From Alphaproteobacteria bacterium (lineage in GTDB: Bacteria > Pseudomonadota > Alphaproteobacteria > Rs-D84), in assembly GCA_017524525.1 (NCBI GenBank), contig JAFXVM010000016.1, positions 45,165 to 109,164 of the forward strand: a stretch of DNA of 64,000 nt, in the 5' to 3' direction. The notes beneath the pieces are model-generated. The model saw only the letters and a list, made by a program, of their open reading frames with translations, had not been told where the DNA came from and made no database searches. This document shows, one piece after another, positions 36,086 to 45,986 of this stretch (within the stretch, counting starts at the first letter, position 1; each line of letters begins with the position of its first letter). The position numbers were made by a program, and so were the translations under genes.

Positions 36086-37429
36086 TTGAAACGAATCGTT
36101 TTAATTTTATTAATCCTAGGATTTCAGCCCATGGTTTCATGGGCTGAATCTAATAAAGGAAAAACCATCACTATGACCGCTGTGGATGCTGTCAAGATGG
36201 CTGGTGATTTGGTGTATACTGGGGATTATGACAAAGCGCAAGATTTGTTGGTTAAAATGCCCCAGACGAATAATTTACCAATTGAAATTGAACGCTGGTA
36301 TTTGTTGGCACAGATTGAACAAAAGAAAGGCAATATTGATGAAGCCATAAAAATCTATCGTAAAATTTTAGATGATCAACCTGATTTGGCTAAGGTGCGT
36401 TATGAATTGGCTGTGTGCTATATGATAAAACATCAATGGTACCGTGCGGATTATCATTTGCGACTTGCTTTGACAGGCAAAGATATACCAGATGAAGTAA
36501 AACAACGAATGATGTATTTGCTTTATGTGGCGCGCCAAAATAAACGTTGGAATGCGTGGTTTAATTTTGGTGCTGCGCCTGATAATAATGTGAATTTGGC
36601 TGCTGGGGGTGAAGAATATATAATAAACGAGTGGGGCGAATTTAAACGCGTTTTGCCAAAGCCAGAAAAAGCAGTTGGTTATAATTTCTTGCTGGGTGGT
36701 AATTATGAATTCCATTTGTCCCAGCATTGGCGCTGGAAAAACGAAGGTAATATTTATACTAATATTTATAATAAGCATAAATTTGATGATTTATATTTGT
36801 CTGCTTCAACTGGTCCGCGTTATATTTGGGAAAAAGGGGATGTTTGGTTGGCGGCTGTTGTGGGACGACGTTGGTATGGTTGGGACCGATATAATTGGTC
36901 GTATGGTGCTAAATTAGACACTCATTATGATTGGACGCGCAAGATTTCTTCTGGGCTAAGTTTGCGTGTTATGAATAATATTTATGATGAATATGGCGAA
37001 TATATGAATGGTCAAACTTACAGTGTGTCGCCGTATATATCTTATTCTTATGATGCATCGAAATACATAGTACTGTTCTCTGGTGTGGACAGAGATACAG
37101 CCAAAGACGATATTTATGCAAATTGGCGTTATAATATGGGGGTCGGTTTTGGTGCTGAAATTCCCTGGGGATTTGGCATATATTTAGAACCGTCTTTTTC
37201 ATGGGTGAATTATGATGGTGCGCGATGGGCGGTCAAAAATTATGCTTTTGAACAAATTACAGAGCGCGATTTTACACAAAGATATGCTGTGTCTCTTTCT
37301 AATAATAAAATAGATGTATGGGGTTTTGTTCCAACATTCACAGTCAGTTATACTAAACGTGATTCTAATATTCATGCACGTGAATATGAAAAATGGACGA
37401 CAGAATTTACTATGCGTCAAAGATTTTAA
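36086..37429 (+). CDS. Slam (surface lipoprotein assembly modulator) family outer membrane protein
   Basis: N-terminal TPR (A..IYRKIL..QP.L.KVR.ELA), DNNVN barrel start, GPRY, RDSN, C-terminal RQRF. Confidence 0.82.
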   Translation: MKRIVLILLILGFQPMVSWAESNKGKTITMTAVDAVKMAGDLVYTGDYDKAQDLLVKMPQTNNLPIEIERWYLLAQIEQKKGNIDEAIKIYRKILDDQPDLAKVRYELAVCYMIKHQWYRADYHLRLALTGKDIPDEVKQRMMYLLYVARQNKRWNAWFNFGAAPDNNVNLAAGGEEYIINEWGEFKRVLPKPEKAVGYNFLLGGNYEFHLSQHWRWKNEGNIYTNIYNKHKFDDLYLSASTGPRYIWEKGDVWLAAVVGRRWYGWDRYNWSYGAKLDTHYDWTRKISSGLSLRVMNNIYDEYGEYMNGQTYSVSPYISYSYDASKYIVLFSGVDRDTAKDDIYANWRYNMGVGFGAEIPWGFGIYLEPSFSWVNYDGARWAVKNYAFEQITERDFTQRYAVSLSNNKIDVWGFVPTFTVSYTKRDSNIHAREYEKWTTEFTMRQRF

Positions 37430-37465
37430 TTTGCAAAACGGTATATTTGTGCTTAGATTTTATGT

Positions 37466-38161
37466 ATGAAAATAATAGATGCACATACTCATATTGATTA
37501 TATAACTTGTGATATTCAACCAGATGTTGTTGGTGCTGTTTGTTGTGCAACTATGGAGAGTGATTGGAAAAAAATTGTTGATTTGATTGATAAAGATAAA
37601 CGTGTATACGGTGCGTTTGGGGTGCATCCTTGGTTTGTTGATTCTGTTGAACAGGGGTTTGATGTTCGTATGGAAAACTTATTAAAAACGGATTCAAATT
37701 ATATGGTTGGTGAAATAGGGTTGGACAAACATAAACCAAATATGGAAAAACAAATTGAAATTTTTAAAATACAATTTGATATGGCGATAAAATTAAATCG
37801 AAGCGTTTGTTTACATTGTGTTGGCGCATGGGATAAAATATTTTATATCTTGAAACAGTATAACAAATTAGATTTGCCAACTATTGTGGCTCATGATTTT
37901 AATGAAAATGTTGATGTTTTAAAACAACTTTTAAAATATGAAAATATATTTTTTTCAATTGGCAAAAATGCTCTATACGACAGAAATAACCGTATAGAGC
38001 AAATTCCAAACGATAAATTGTTGGTTGAAACAGATGGAAAAAAAGAAGTTGTGTTAAAAGACGTTTTGCTAAAAATTGCACAAATAAAAAACGATGAAAA
38101 TATATTAAATATTATATATGAAAATACATTAAAGGTTTTAAATCATGGACAGATTGCATAG
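37466..38161 (+). CDS. TatD family hydrolase
   Basis: DAHTH, GVHPW, GEIGLD, HCV, VETD. Confidence 0.9.
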   Translation: MKIIDAHTHIDYITCDIQPDVVGAVCCATMESDWKKIVDLIDKDKRVYGAFGVHPWFVDSVEQGFDVRMENLLKTDSNYMVGEIGLDKHKPNMEKQIEIFKIQFDMAIKLNRSVCLHCVGAWDKIFYILKQYNKLDLPTIVAHDFNENVDVLKQLLKYENIFFSIGKNALYDRNNRIEQIPNDKLLVETDGKKEVVLKDVLLKIAQIKNDENILNIIYENTLKVLNHGQIA

Positions 38162-38819
38162 GATAACTTTATTGTTGGGAAACGAATCAGTAAAAAAATT
38201 ACAACAATCAACTGTTATGGTTGTTGGCTGCGGTGCAGTAGGATCTTTTGCCATAGAAGCGTTGGCGCGAAGTGGAATAGGGCATTTAATTTTGGTTGAT
38301 TTTGACAAAGTAGAAGAAACTAATATAAACAGGCAATTATTCGCTTTGGATTCTAGTATCGGGCAACCAAAGGTTGAAGTCGCGAAAAAAAGAATCTTTG
38401 ATATAAACCCAAAAATCAAAGTTGATTCTTTGGATATGTTTTTTGATGATAATGCTGATTTAGATATAAAACCTGATTTTGTTATAGATGCCATAGATAC
38501 GGTTGCGTCCAAGATGGCTTTGTATAAATGGTGTTTGAAAAACAAGATTCCGTTTGTGTCTTCTATGGGGGCGGCACGTAAAACTGATTTAACAAAGATT
38601 AAAGTTGGTGTGATATCCAAAACAACAGTGTGTCCGTTGGCTTCAAAAATAAGACGAATGGTGCGTGAATCTAAAATGCCAGATTTTCCAGTAGTGTATT
38701 CTGTTGAACCTGCAGTTCCTCAGCAAAACGGTGGTCGCGAATTTGGTTCAATGATAACTGTGACTGGAATGTTTGGTTTGGTGTTGGCTGATTTTGTTAT
38801 TAAAAAATTAATCATATAA
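38145..38819 (+). CDS. tcdA: tRNA threonylcarbamoyladenosine dehydratase (ThiF family)
   Basis: GCGAVG, DFDKV..TNINRQ, DAID, SSMGAA, CPLA, VVYSVE. Confidence 0.85.
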   Translation: MDRLHRITLLLGNESVKKLQQSTVMVVGCGAVGSFAIEALARSGIGHLILVDFDKVEETNINRQLFALDSSIGQPKVEVAKKRIFDINPKIKVDSLDMFFDDNADLDIKPDFVIDAIDTVASKMALYKWCLKNKIPFVSSMGAARKTDLTKIKVGVISKTTVCPLASKIRRMVRESKMPDFPVVYSVEPAVPQQNGGREFGSMITVTGMFGLVLADFVIKKLII

Positions 38820-38947
38820 TCTTTTGTATACGGCTGTTTCTGCTGTATGTATGAAATATATCCTATGGATACATGCCTATATGAAATTCTTTTGTTGTTT
38901 GATAGAATGTGCGTGTTGAGATTAATCAGCAACAAAAGGAGAAACTT

Positions 38948-39562
38948 ATGAAAAAACTTATTGCCGGTTCATTGGCAGTATTATTGACTGCACCAGCTTT
39001 TGCGGGTGGTCAAATGTATGAACAACAAACAACCAGTTTTATGGGTTGGGATATTTTGCCATATGTCGCAGTGCGCGGTGGTGCTACATACGGTAATTTG
39101 AATTATAATTTTAATAATGCTAAAGAAAGCGTTTCACAAAATTTGTATCAATTGCGTGCAGCATTAGGTTTGACTATGTATGAAACTGCACGATTCGAAA
39201 TTGAAGGTTCTTTCTTTACAAAAGGTAAGGATACAAAAGGTTTTGGCAATCTTGACAATGTAGAAGTCACATCTAGTAATATTGAATTGATGGCTAATGC
39301 TTATATGAACATAGGTCATTTTCATTATATTCAACCATTTGCAGGTGTCGGTGCAGGTTTAGCTTTCATTGATACAAAAGCATCAGCAGCAGGCTTTGAA
39401 GACAAGAAAGATAATACCAGATTTTCTGGTATGGCAACTTTGGGGTTAGCAATGCCTTTTGGTTGTTATTCAGTTGATGTTGCAGCACGTTATAACTATA
39501 TTGATGTTGCTTCTGGAATGCACGATTTCAGCGGTGATATTGGTATTCGTTATATGTTCTAA
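38948..39562 (+). CDS. Small outer membrane beta-barrel protein
   Basis: AAGGAG RBS, signal peptide, RFEIE, MANAY, PFAGVGAG, C-terminal GIRYMF. Confidence 0.8.
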   Translation: MKKLIAGSLAVLLTAPAFAGGQMYEQQTTSFMGWDILPYVAVRGGATYGNLNYNFNNAKESVSQNLYQLRAALGLTMYETARFEIEGSFFTKGKDTKGFGNLDNVEVTSSNIELMANAYMNIGHFHYIQPFAGVGAGLAFIDTKASAAGFEDKKDNTRFSGMATLGLAMPFGCYSVDVAARYNYIDVASGMHDFSGDIGIRYMF

Positions 39563-39582
39563 ACTTTCCTTGTTTCGCTTTG

Positions 39583-39612
39583 AAATCCCGTTTATAAACG
39601 GGATTTTTTTTT
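39583..39612 (+). terminator. Intrinsic terminator
   Basis: AAATCCCGTT..AACGGGATTTTTTTTT. Confidence 0.88.
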
Positions 39613-39653
39613 ATTGTTAGTTCGTTTGTTTATATGCTAGCATAACTTTCGTT

Positions 39654-41195
39654 ATGAAAAAATACCTAGTATCTTTGTTATCGATTTTTGTGATTACTGA
39701 TGTTTTTGCAGAAATTGTTTATGATGGAATTGATAATAAATTGAATTCTTTTAGTGATGATATCGTTTATGTGAATCCTGGGGCTGTGGTTGAACCTTTG
39801 GGAAGCAATATAGCGATAGATTATCCTGCGCTTGTAATTCATAATTATGGGACAATAACTGGTCCAATAGATGCTAATGATAATAGTTTTTTCATTTATA
39901 ATACTGGCATTATATCGGGAAACATAATTACTAATCATGGTGAAATCATCACTCAAATAATAAATTCTGGGGCAGATAGAACAAATTTTTCAATAAATCC
40001 TGCTAATTTCAGGGTGGAAGTAGAAACTGGTTCAACGGAAATAGATTTTAATAATATGAAAAATCTAGATGCAGGCAAGATTGTAATCAAAGATTCACGG
40101 ATAGTGATGAATAGTTTTACTGATTGGCAAAATTGGGAAAAAGACGTAGATTTACAAGGGGCGGTTTATTTAGTTATAAACGATGCCAACACTGTGCATG
40201 ATGGTGATATAGTGACGCATGCAGTTAGTGGGGATACTGTGAATGTTGAAATTCTTGGGTTGGACGGTTTACACAAAGCAAATCTTGAATGGGTTGGTGG
40301 TCATTGGGTGATAACACTTGTTCGCGAAACTAATTATGACAAAGTAGATAATTCTGCATTAGAAACAATTCGTAATGGGCGTCCAGGCGATAAACTGTTA
40401 TCTGCGTTGGATGCCGCAAAAGATTGGCAAGAAGTGAAACGTATAAAAAGTTTATCTTATCGGTTTAATCATAAAATTCTATTAAAACCTGTCAAAGCGA
40501 TAAATAGTTTTTCTTTGGTTGATGTTATAAAAGATGAAACTGATACAGGGGCGGGAATTTCTGCTTCGTATGTTTTATCAGATTCTGTTAAAAGTTTTGG
40601 TGGTCGTGTCTATTTTGGCAGAAAGTATGAAAATTTATATCTTAATGTAGGTTTTTCTTTGAATAGTTTTTCATACAAAGATTCTTTAAATGATTTTACT
40701 GGGATAATGTATGGTTTGGATATAAAATCAAAGCAATTTGTTGATAAGTTATGGTTCCGTGAAATCTTTGGTGCTAATTTAACGAAATTTAAAGCAGATT
40801 ACATAACTGATAAAAATGAAATAAAGAATAATCCAATTGGTTTTTCTTTGTTTGGTGCGATTGATACTGGTTATGATTTTAATGTATATGAAGATATTGT
40901 GCTTGCACCAATTGTGGGGATGGTCTGGCAAAACGCAAAAGTTGCAGATGCGACAGATACAGATTTTTATGTTCGGGGTGGATCAGAATTAAAATATTCT
41001 TTTACTACAGATGGCATAAAGTATGAATATTCTTTGGATAGTTTTATTGGAAGTAGTGGTATTTTTTCTGTTGGAAGCAAAATAGGCTTTTGGTCTGTGG
41101 TTGATGAAGCAGGTGCCTTTTTAGATATTACCGCTTTCAAAGATGAATTTGATTGGCGTTATAGATTTTCTTTGACTGGAAAAATTTTATTTTAA
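39654..41195 (+). CDS. Autotransporter-like outer membrane protein
   Basis: Signal peptide, N.G.I.G beta-helix-like repeats, C-terminal barrel ending GKILF. Confidence 0.6.
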   Translation: MKKYLVSLLSIFVITDVFAEIVYDGIDNKLNSFSDDIVYVNPGAVVEPLGSNIAIDYPALVIHNYGTITGPIDANDNSFFIYNTGIISGNIITNHGEIITQIINSGADRTNFSINPANFRVEVETGSTEIDFNNMKNLDAGKIVIKDSRIVMNSFTDWQNWEKDVDLQGAVYLVINDANTVHDGDIVTHAVSGDTVNVEILGLDGLHKANLEWVGGHWVITLVRETNYDKVDNSALETIRNGRPGDKLLSALDAAKDWQEVKRIKSLSYRFNHKILLKPVKAINSFSLVDVIKDETDTGAGISASYVLSDSVKSFGGRVYFGRKYENLYLNVGFSLNSFSYKDSLNDFTGIMYGLDIKSKQFVDKLWFREIFGANLTKFKADYITDKNEIKNNPIGFSLFGAIDTGYDFNVYEDIVLAPIVGMVWQNAKVADATDTDFYVRGGSELKYSFTTDGIKYEYSLDSFIGSSGIFSVGSKIGFWSVVDEAGAFLDITAFKDEFDWRYRFSLTGKILF

Positions 41196-42497
41196 TTATT
41201 TTATTATTTCACCGTGCAGACATGATTTGTTTGCGTCTGTGATTTTTATTTTTTGCAAAGGTGTAATTTTATAATCTGGTTTTTCAACAATGCATTGTTG
41301 CATATAGGGGGTCCGGAAAACTAAATTACGACCTGTTTTGTCGTCGCCTTCAAATAAACAAATCATTTCTTTGCCGATACAAGACATATTAAATTCGCGT
41401 TGGTTTTCATTTAATTGTGCATCAAGTTGTTGCAAGCGAACAGATTTTATTTGTTCACTGATTTGGTTAGACATTATGGCTGCCGCCGTATGCGGACGCG
41501 GAGAATATTTAAAAGAATATGAATTTATATATTTAATTTCACGCGCTATACGTAGTGTTTCTGCGAAATCTTCGTCAGTTTCATCAGGAAAACCTACAAT
41601 AAAATCAGATGATATTTGAATGTCAGGACGAACAGATTTTAATTTTTTTACAATTGTTTTATATGCGTCTAAATCATCCGGACGATTCATTTTTTTAAGT
41701 ATGCGTGGCGACCCACTTTGAACAGGCATATTTAAAAAAGGTAATAATTTTGGCTCTATCCCAAAAATTTCAATTAAATCATCTGTCATTTCTGTTGGAT
41801 AACTGGATGTAAAGCGTATACGGTGGATTTCAGGCAGTTTAGCCGTTTCGCGAATTAAATCGGATAAGCGGAACAGATTACCTTTTTCATCTGTGTATTT
41901 ATATCCGTTTACATTTTGTCCCAGAAAACAAATTTCTATTGCGCCAGTTTTTGCCGCGTTTACAGTGTCAGCAATAACATCATTAAATGGTCTTGATAAT
42001 TCGCGACCGCGTGTATACGGGACAATGCAATATGTACAACAATGATTACAACCTTCTTGGACAGGAATGTACGCAACAGTTGGTGATTTTGTCATTTGTG
42101 GCAATTCATCAAATTTTTCAAGACCACCCAAATCTATGTTAAGTAATTTCATGTCTGGGTTTTTAATTATTTCTGGTAATTTATGATAACTTTGTGGACC
42201 TAGAACAAAATTTAATTCAGGTATTCGTCTAAATGCATCAGAGCCAGATTCGCGTGCAACACATCCAACAATACCAAGCAGGGCAGATTCTTTTTTTACG
42301 CGTCTTATGCGTCCCAGACATGAGTAAACTTTGTCGGTCGCTTTGGCACGGACTGCACAAGTATTAAGTATAATTATGTCAGCATCTGCGACATTTTCTG
42401 TTTGTGTTAATCCGTGTTTTTCCAGCATGGCGGCAATTCTTTGCCCGTCATACACGTTCATTTGGCAACCGAAAGTTTGTATAAAGAATTTTTCCAT
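41196..42497 (-). CDS. miaB: tRNA methylthiotransferase
   Basis: TFGCQMN.YD, NTCAVR, CxxxCxxC (GCNHCCTYC), SDFIVGFP, YSPRP. Confidence 0.95.
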   Translation of the reverse strand: MEKFFIQTFGCQMNVYDGQRIAAMLEKHGLTQTENVADADIIILNTCAVRAKATDKVYSCLGRIRRVKKESALLGIVGCVARESGSDAFRRIPELNFVLGPQSYHKLPEIIKNPDMKLLNIDLGGLEKFDELPQMTKSPTVAYIPVQEGCNHCCTYCIVPYTRGRELSRPFNDVIADTVNAAKTGAIEICFLGQNVNGYKYTDEKGNLFRLSDLIRETAKLPEIHRIRFTSSYPTEMTDDLIEIFGIEPKLLPFLNMPVQSGSPRILKKMNRPDDLDAYKTIVKKLKSVRPDIQISSDFIVGFPDETDEDFAETLRIAREIKYINSYSFKYSPRPHTAAAIMSNQISEQIKSVRLQQLDAQLNENQREFNMSCIGKEMICLFEGDDKTGRNLVFRTPYMQQCIVEKPDYKITPLQKIKITDANKSCLHGEIIK

Positions 42498-42817
42498 TAT
42501 TTACACTGCATTCTTTGACGAATTATATTGTTGTTTTTAAGAACCTGTTGTTGTTTGTGTTTGTTTAACAAAGTTTCTTTGTCGGTTGTTTGAGATTGTG
42601 GTTGTGCGTCAACGATTGCTTCAACTGTTCCATATTTGACACCTGTGATAATACTGTCTTCAATGATAGTTACGATATTTGTTTTAGCCATTTTGTTTTC
42701 CTTTTTATTTTTTGTATTTGGTTTTTTATTCGTTTTTCGTTGTTGTCGTTCCAGTATTTCAGTCATCACATGAAATTCCGCAGAATCGCAACAAAGCAAC
42801 ATATTATCATCAAACAT
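42497..42817 (-). CDS. Small hypothetical protein (start possibly 42691)
   Basis: Fills the gap between gatB and miaB; AAGGA RBS before MAKTNIV at 42691. Confidence 0.5.
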   Translation of the reverse strand: MFDDNMLLCCDSAEFHVMTEILERQQRKTNKKPNTKNKKENKMAKTNIVTIIEDSIITGVKYGTVEAIVDAQPQSQTTDKETLLNKHKQQQVLKNNNIIRQRMQCK

Positions 42818-42820
42818 ATT

Positions 42821-44347
42821 TTACCCCAGCTTTTGTTTTAATAAATCATTTACCATTGCTGGGTTCGCCTGACCATGCGTTGCTTTCATAACATTACCAA
42901 CAAAGAATCCAAGCAGACCAACTTTGCCAGATTTATATTGTTCAACTTGGGACGGATTATTTTTAATTACTTCGTCCACAGCCGATTCGATTGCGGATGT
43001 GTCTGTAATTTGTTTCATACCATATTTGTCGGCAATTTCATGAATTGTGCCACGTTCGCCGTCCAACATTTTGATAAAGATTTCTTTGGCTTGTTTGCCG
43101 TTAATTTCATTGTTTGCAATCATATCAACCAATTCTGCGATATTCGCTGGTGTGATAATGCGTGGCGCATCAGGGTCTGGGTTTTCAGTAATTTTGTTTT
43201 CGATATCCATATTTTCAGGATGCGCAAATAATTCACTTATTAACCAGTTCGCAACTGGCTTAGCACGTTCTTTTTTGCCGTTTACCGCTGCATCATACCA
43301 ATGTGAAATATCAACAGTTTCTGTTAAACGTGTTGCATCATATTCGCTTAAACCGAATTCATTGATATAACGTGCGCGTGTTGCAGTTGGCAATTCAGGC
43401 ATTGTTTTGCGAATACGTTCGATTTCTTCATCAGTAATTTCCAATTCTAATAAATCAGGATCAGGAAAATAACGATAATCAAGTGCATCTTCTTTGCTAC
43501 GTTCAACAGATGTTGTTCCGTCGCCTTGGTTATAACGCATCGTATCTTGGGATACGGTGCCACCATTTTCAAGTATTTCTACTTGGCGTTTTGCTTCATA
43601 TTCAATAGCAGTTTTTATAAATTTGAAAGATACCATATTTTTTGTTTCTGTACGTGTGCCAAAAGTTTTTGAACCCACAGGACGCACAGACACATTAACG
43701 TCTGCACGCATAGAGCCTTCTTCCATGTTCGCCTTGGATACACCGAGTGCACGTGCAATTTCACGAATTTGACGTAAATATCTTTCTGCTTCATCTGGGG
43801 AAGAAATATAAGAATTATTTTCAGGATTTTTAGTGTCCAAGAAAGTTACAATTTCCAACAACATAACACCAGTTCTGTTGAAATCTACAAAAGATTTTGT
43901 TGGATGCATATCGTGTTTGTTTTTTGCCGCATCTTGTTCCATATGTGCGCGTTCAATTAAAATCTTTTTTGGATTTCCGTCATCGCCTATAATTTCAATG
44001 TATCCACGACCAACCACAGGTGGTTCTTCGGCAGGTTGAGATATTTGATACCCCTGGGGCAGGTCAGGGTAAAAATATTGTTTACGGGCAAAACGGCTGT
44101 GTTTAGAGATTTCAGCATTGATTCCCAAACCGAATTTAATAGCCTGTTCAACACAATATTTATTCAACACCGGCAACATTCCTGGCATAGCGACATCAAC
44201 CATACATGCCTGGGTGTTTGGTGCGACAGTTGGGTTATAATCAGCAGATGCACCACTGAAAATTTTGCTGTTAGACAGCACTTCTATATGAGTTTCCAAA
44301 CCAATAACAACTTCCCAATCTTGTGTTTTGCCTTTTATCGTAAACAT
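42821..44347 (-). CDS. gatB: Asp/Glu-tRNA amidotransferase subunit B
   Basis: VIGLETH, YFYPDLP.GYQISQ, RSKE.A.DYRYFPDPDL. Confidence 0.97.
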   Translation of the reverse strand: MFTIKGKTQDWEVVIGLETHIEVLSNSKIFSGASADYNPTVAPNTQACMVDVAMPGMLPVLNKYCVEQAIKFGLGINAEISKHSRFARKQYFYPDLPQGYQISQPAEEPPVVGRGYIEIIGDDGNPKKILIERAHMEQDAAKNKHDMHPTKSFVDFNRTGVMLLEIVTFLDTKNPENNSYISSPDEAERYLRQIREIARALGVSKANMEEGSMRADVNVSVRPVGSKTFGTRTETKNMVSFKFIKTAIEYEAKRQVEILENGGTVSQDTMRYNQGDGTTSVERSKEDALDYRYFPDPDLLELEITDEEIERIRKTMPELPTATRARYINEFGLSEYDATRLTETVDISHWYDAAVNGKKERAKPVANWLISELFAHPENMDIENKITENPDPDAPRIITPANIAELVDMIANNEINGKQAKEIFIKMLDGERGTIHEIADKYGMKQITDTSAIESAVDEVIKNNPSQVEQYKSGKVGLLGFFVGNVMKATHGQANPAMVNDLLKQKLG

Positions 44348-44401
44348 TTTTATTTTTCCTTGCTTTTTGTTTTTTTATACTTTATTATGTGTCCCACGGA
44401 T

Positions 44402-44477
44402 GGCTAGATAGCTCAGTTGGTAGAGCAAGGGACTGAAAATCCCTGTGTCAGTAGTTCGATTCTACTTCTAGCCACCA
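44402..44477 (+). tRNA. tRNA-Phe(GAA)
   Basis: GGCTAGA..AGGGA-CT-GAA-AA-TCCCT..GTTCGATTC..TCTAGCCACCA, 76 nt. Confidence 0.98.
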
Positions 44478-44508
44478 TTTTTTTATTGCCTGTTTTTTTC
44501 AACATTTC

Positions 44509-45978
44509 TTATTCACCCATAATCACAGTTGGACGATTGTCAACGTTTGCAGCTGTTTCAATATGCTTTGCCAATTGCAAAACACGCATATCGTCAAAAC
44601 GACGACCAACTACTTGCATCCCCAAAGGTAATCCATTTTGCGCCAATCCGCATGGAACAGATACCGCCGGAACGCCAGCCAAGTTCATTGCAACTGTGAA
44701 TAAATCCAATGCGTAATATTCAAGTGGACTTAAATCGGAATCTAAAGGCATCGCTGTTGATGCGCCAGATGGACAAACAATTAAATCACACTGTTCAAAT
44801 GCACTGTTAAAAGCATCTGCAATCATACGACGAACGCGGGCAGCCTGCATAAAATATACTTCGTAAGATTCGCTCGATAAAACGGCTGTCCCGATTAACA
44901 TACGGCGTTGCACTTCTTCGCCGAAACCCGCAGCGCGTGTCTTTTTGTATGTGTCGTATAAATCACTTCCTTCAACACGCAAGCCGTATCTCATACCGTC
45001 ATAACGTGCGAGATTCGAAGATGCTTCGGCTGGGGCGATAATATAATAGGCCGCCAATGCGTCCAATACATTTGGAATTGATACTTCGACAATTTCGGCA
45101 CCCAAAGATTTTAAATCTGCAATTCGTTTTTCAAACAATGTTTTCATATCATTTGAAATTTGAACATTATTGAATTCTTTGATTACACCAACGCGTAATT
45201 TTTTACCGTCACCCAAAATAGGTTTTAATTCGCTGTTCATTTCAAACGAAGCATTCGGTGAAGAAGTCGAATCTTTATCATCGTGTCCCGCCATAACGGA
45301 TAAAAGCAGGGCAGCGTCGTCAACTGTGCGTGCGATTGGACCCGGTGTGTCAAGACTGGATGCAAAAGCAACACAACCCCATCTCGAACACAGACCGTAT
45401 GTTGGTTTCATACCGACCAAGCCAGTTATAGAACACGGAAAACGAATCGAACCACCCGTGTCAGTTCCGGTTGCACCCATTGCAAGACCACCTGCGACCG
45501 CGCTGGTAGAGCCACCAGATGAACCGCCGGCTGTTAAATGTTTTTCGATTTGCCATGGATTTACTGGTGCACCAAAATAGGAAGTTTTAGAAAATGTGCC
45601 CATTGCAAATTCATCCAGATTAGATTTACCCAACAATACTGTGCCAGCATCAATGAATTTTTGTGAAATTGTAGATTCATATTCTGGAACAAAATTTTCA
45701 AGCATGTGGGATGCCGCAGTTGTACGAATACCCTTGGTTGCAAACAAATCTTTCATCGCGATTGGAATACCATCCAATGCGTGCGCAGTCCCATTTGCAA
45801 TGCGTTCGTCGGCCGCAGCTGCGTCAGCAAGTGCGCGTTCAGGTGTGCGTGTGATATAGCAATTTAATTTATCGCCATATTTTTCAATACGTTCTAAATG
45901 AGCGCGTGCCAGTTCAGTTGCGCTGATTTCACGAGATTTTAATTTTTCTAGTGCTTGTTTTATAGTCAGGTTTATCAT
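44509..45978 (-). CDS. gatA: Asp/Glu-tRNA amidotransferase subunit A
   Basis: GGSSGGS, GTDTGGSIR, SSNLARYDG. Confidence 0.97.
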   Translation of the reverse strand: MINLTIKQALEKLKSREISATELARAHLERIEKYGDKLNCYITRTPERALADAAAADERIANGTAHALDGIPIAMKDLFATKGIRTTAASHMLENFVPEYESTISQKFIDAGTVLLGKSNLDEFAMGTFSKTSYFGAPVNPWQIEKHLTAGGSSGGSTSAVAGGLAMGATGTDTGGSIRFPCSITGLVGMKPTYGLCSRWGCVAFASSLDTPGPIARTVDDAALLLSVMAGHDDKDSTSSPNASFEMNSELKPILGDGKKLRVGVIKEFNNVQISNDMKTLFEKRIADLKSLGAEIVEVSIPNVLDALAAYYIIAPAEASSNLARYDGMRYGLRVEGSDLYDTYKKTRAAGFGEEVQRRMLIGTAVLSSESYEVYFMQAARVRRMIADAFNSAFEQCDLIVCPSGASTAMPLDSDLSPLEYYALDLFTVAMNLAGVPAVSVPCGLAQNGLPLGMQVVGRRFDDMRVLQLAKHIETAANVDNRPTVIMGE

Positions 45979-45986
45979 TTTCGTTC

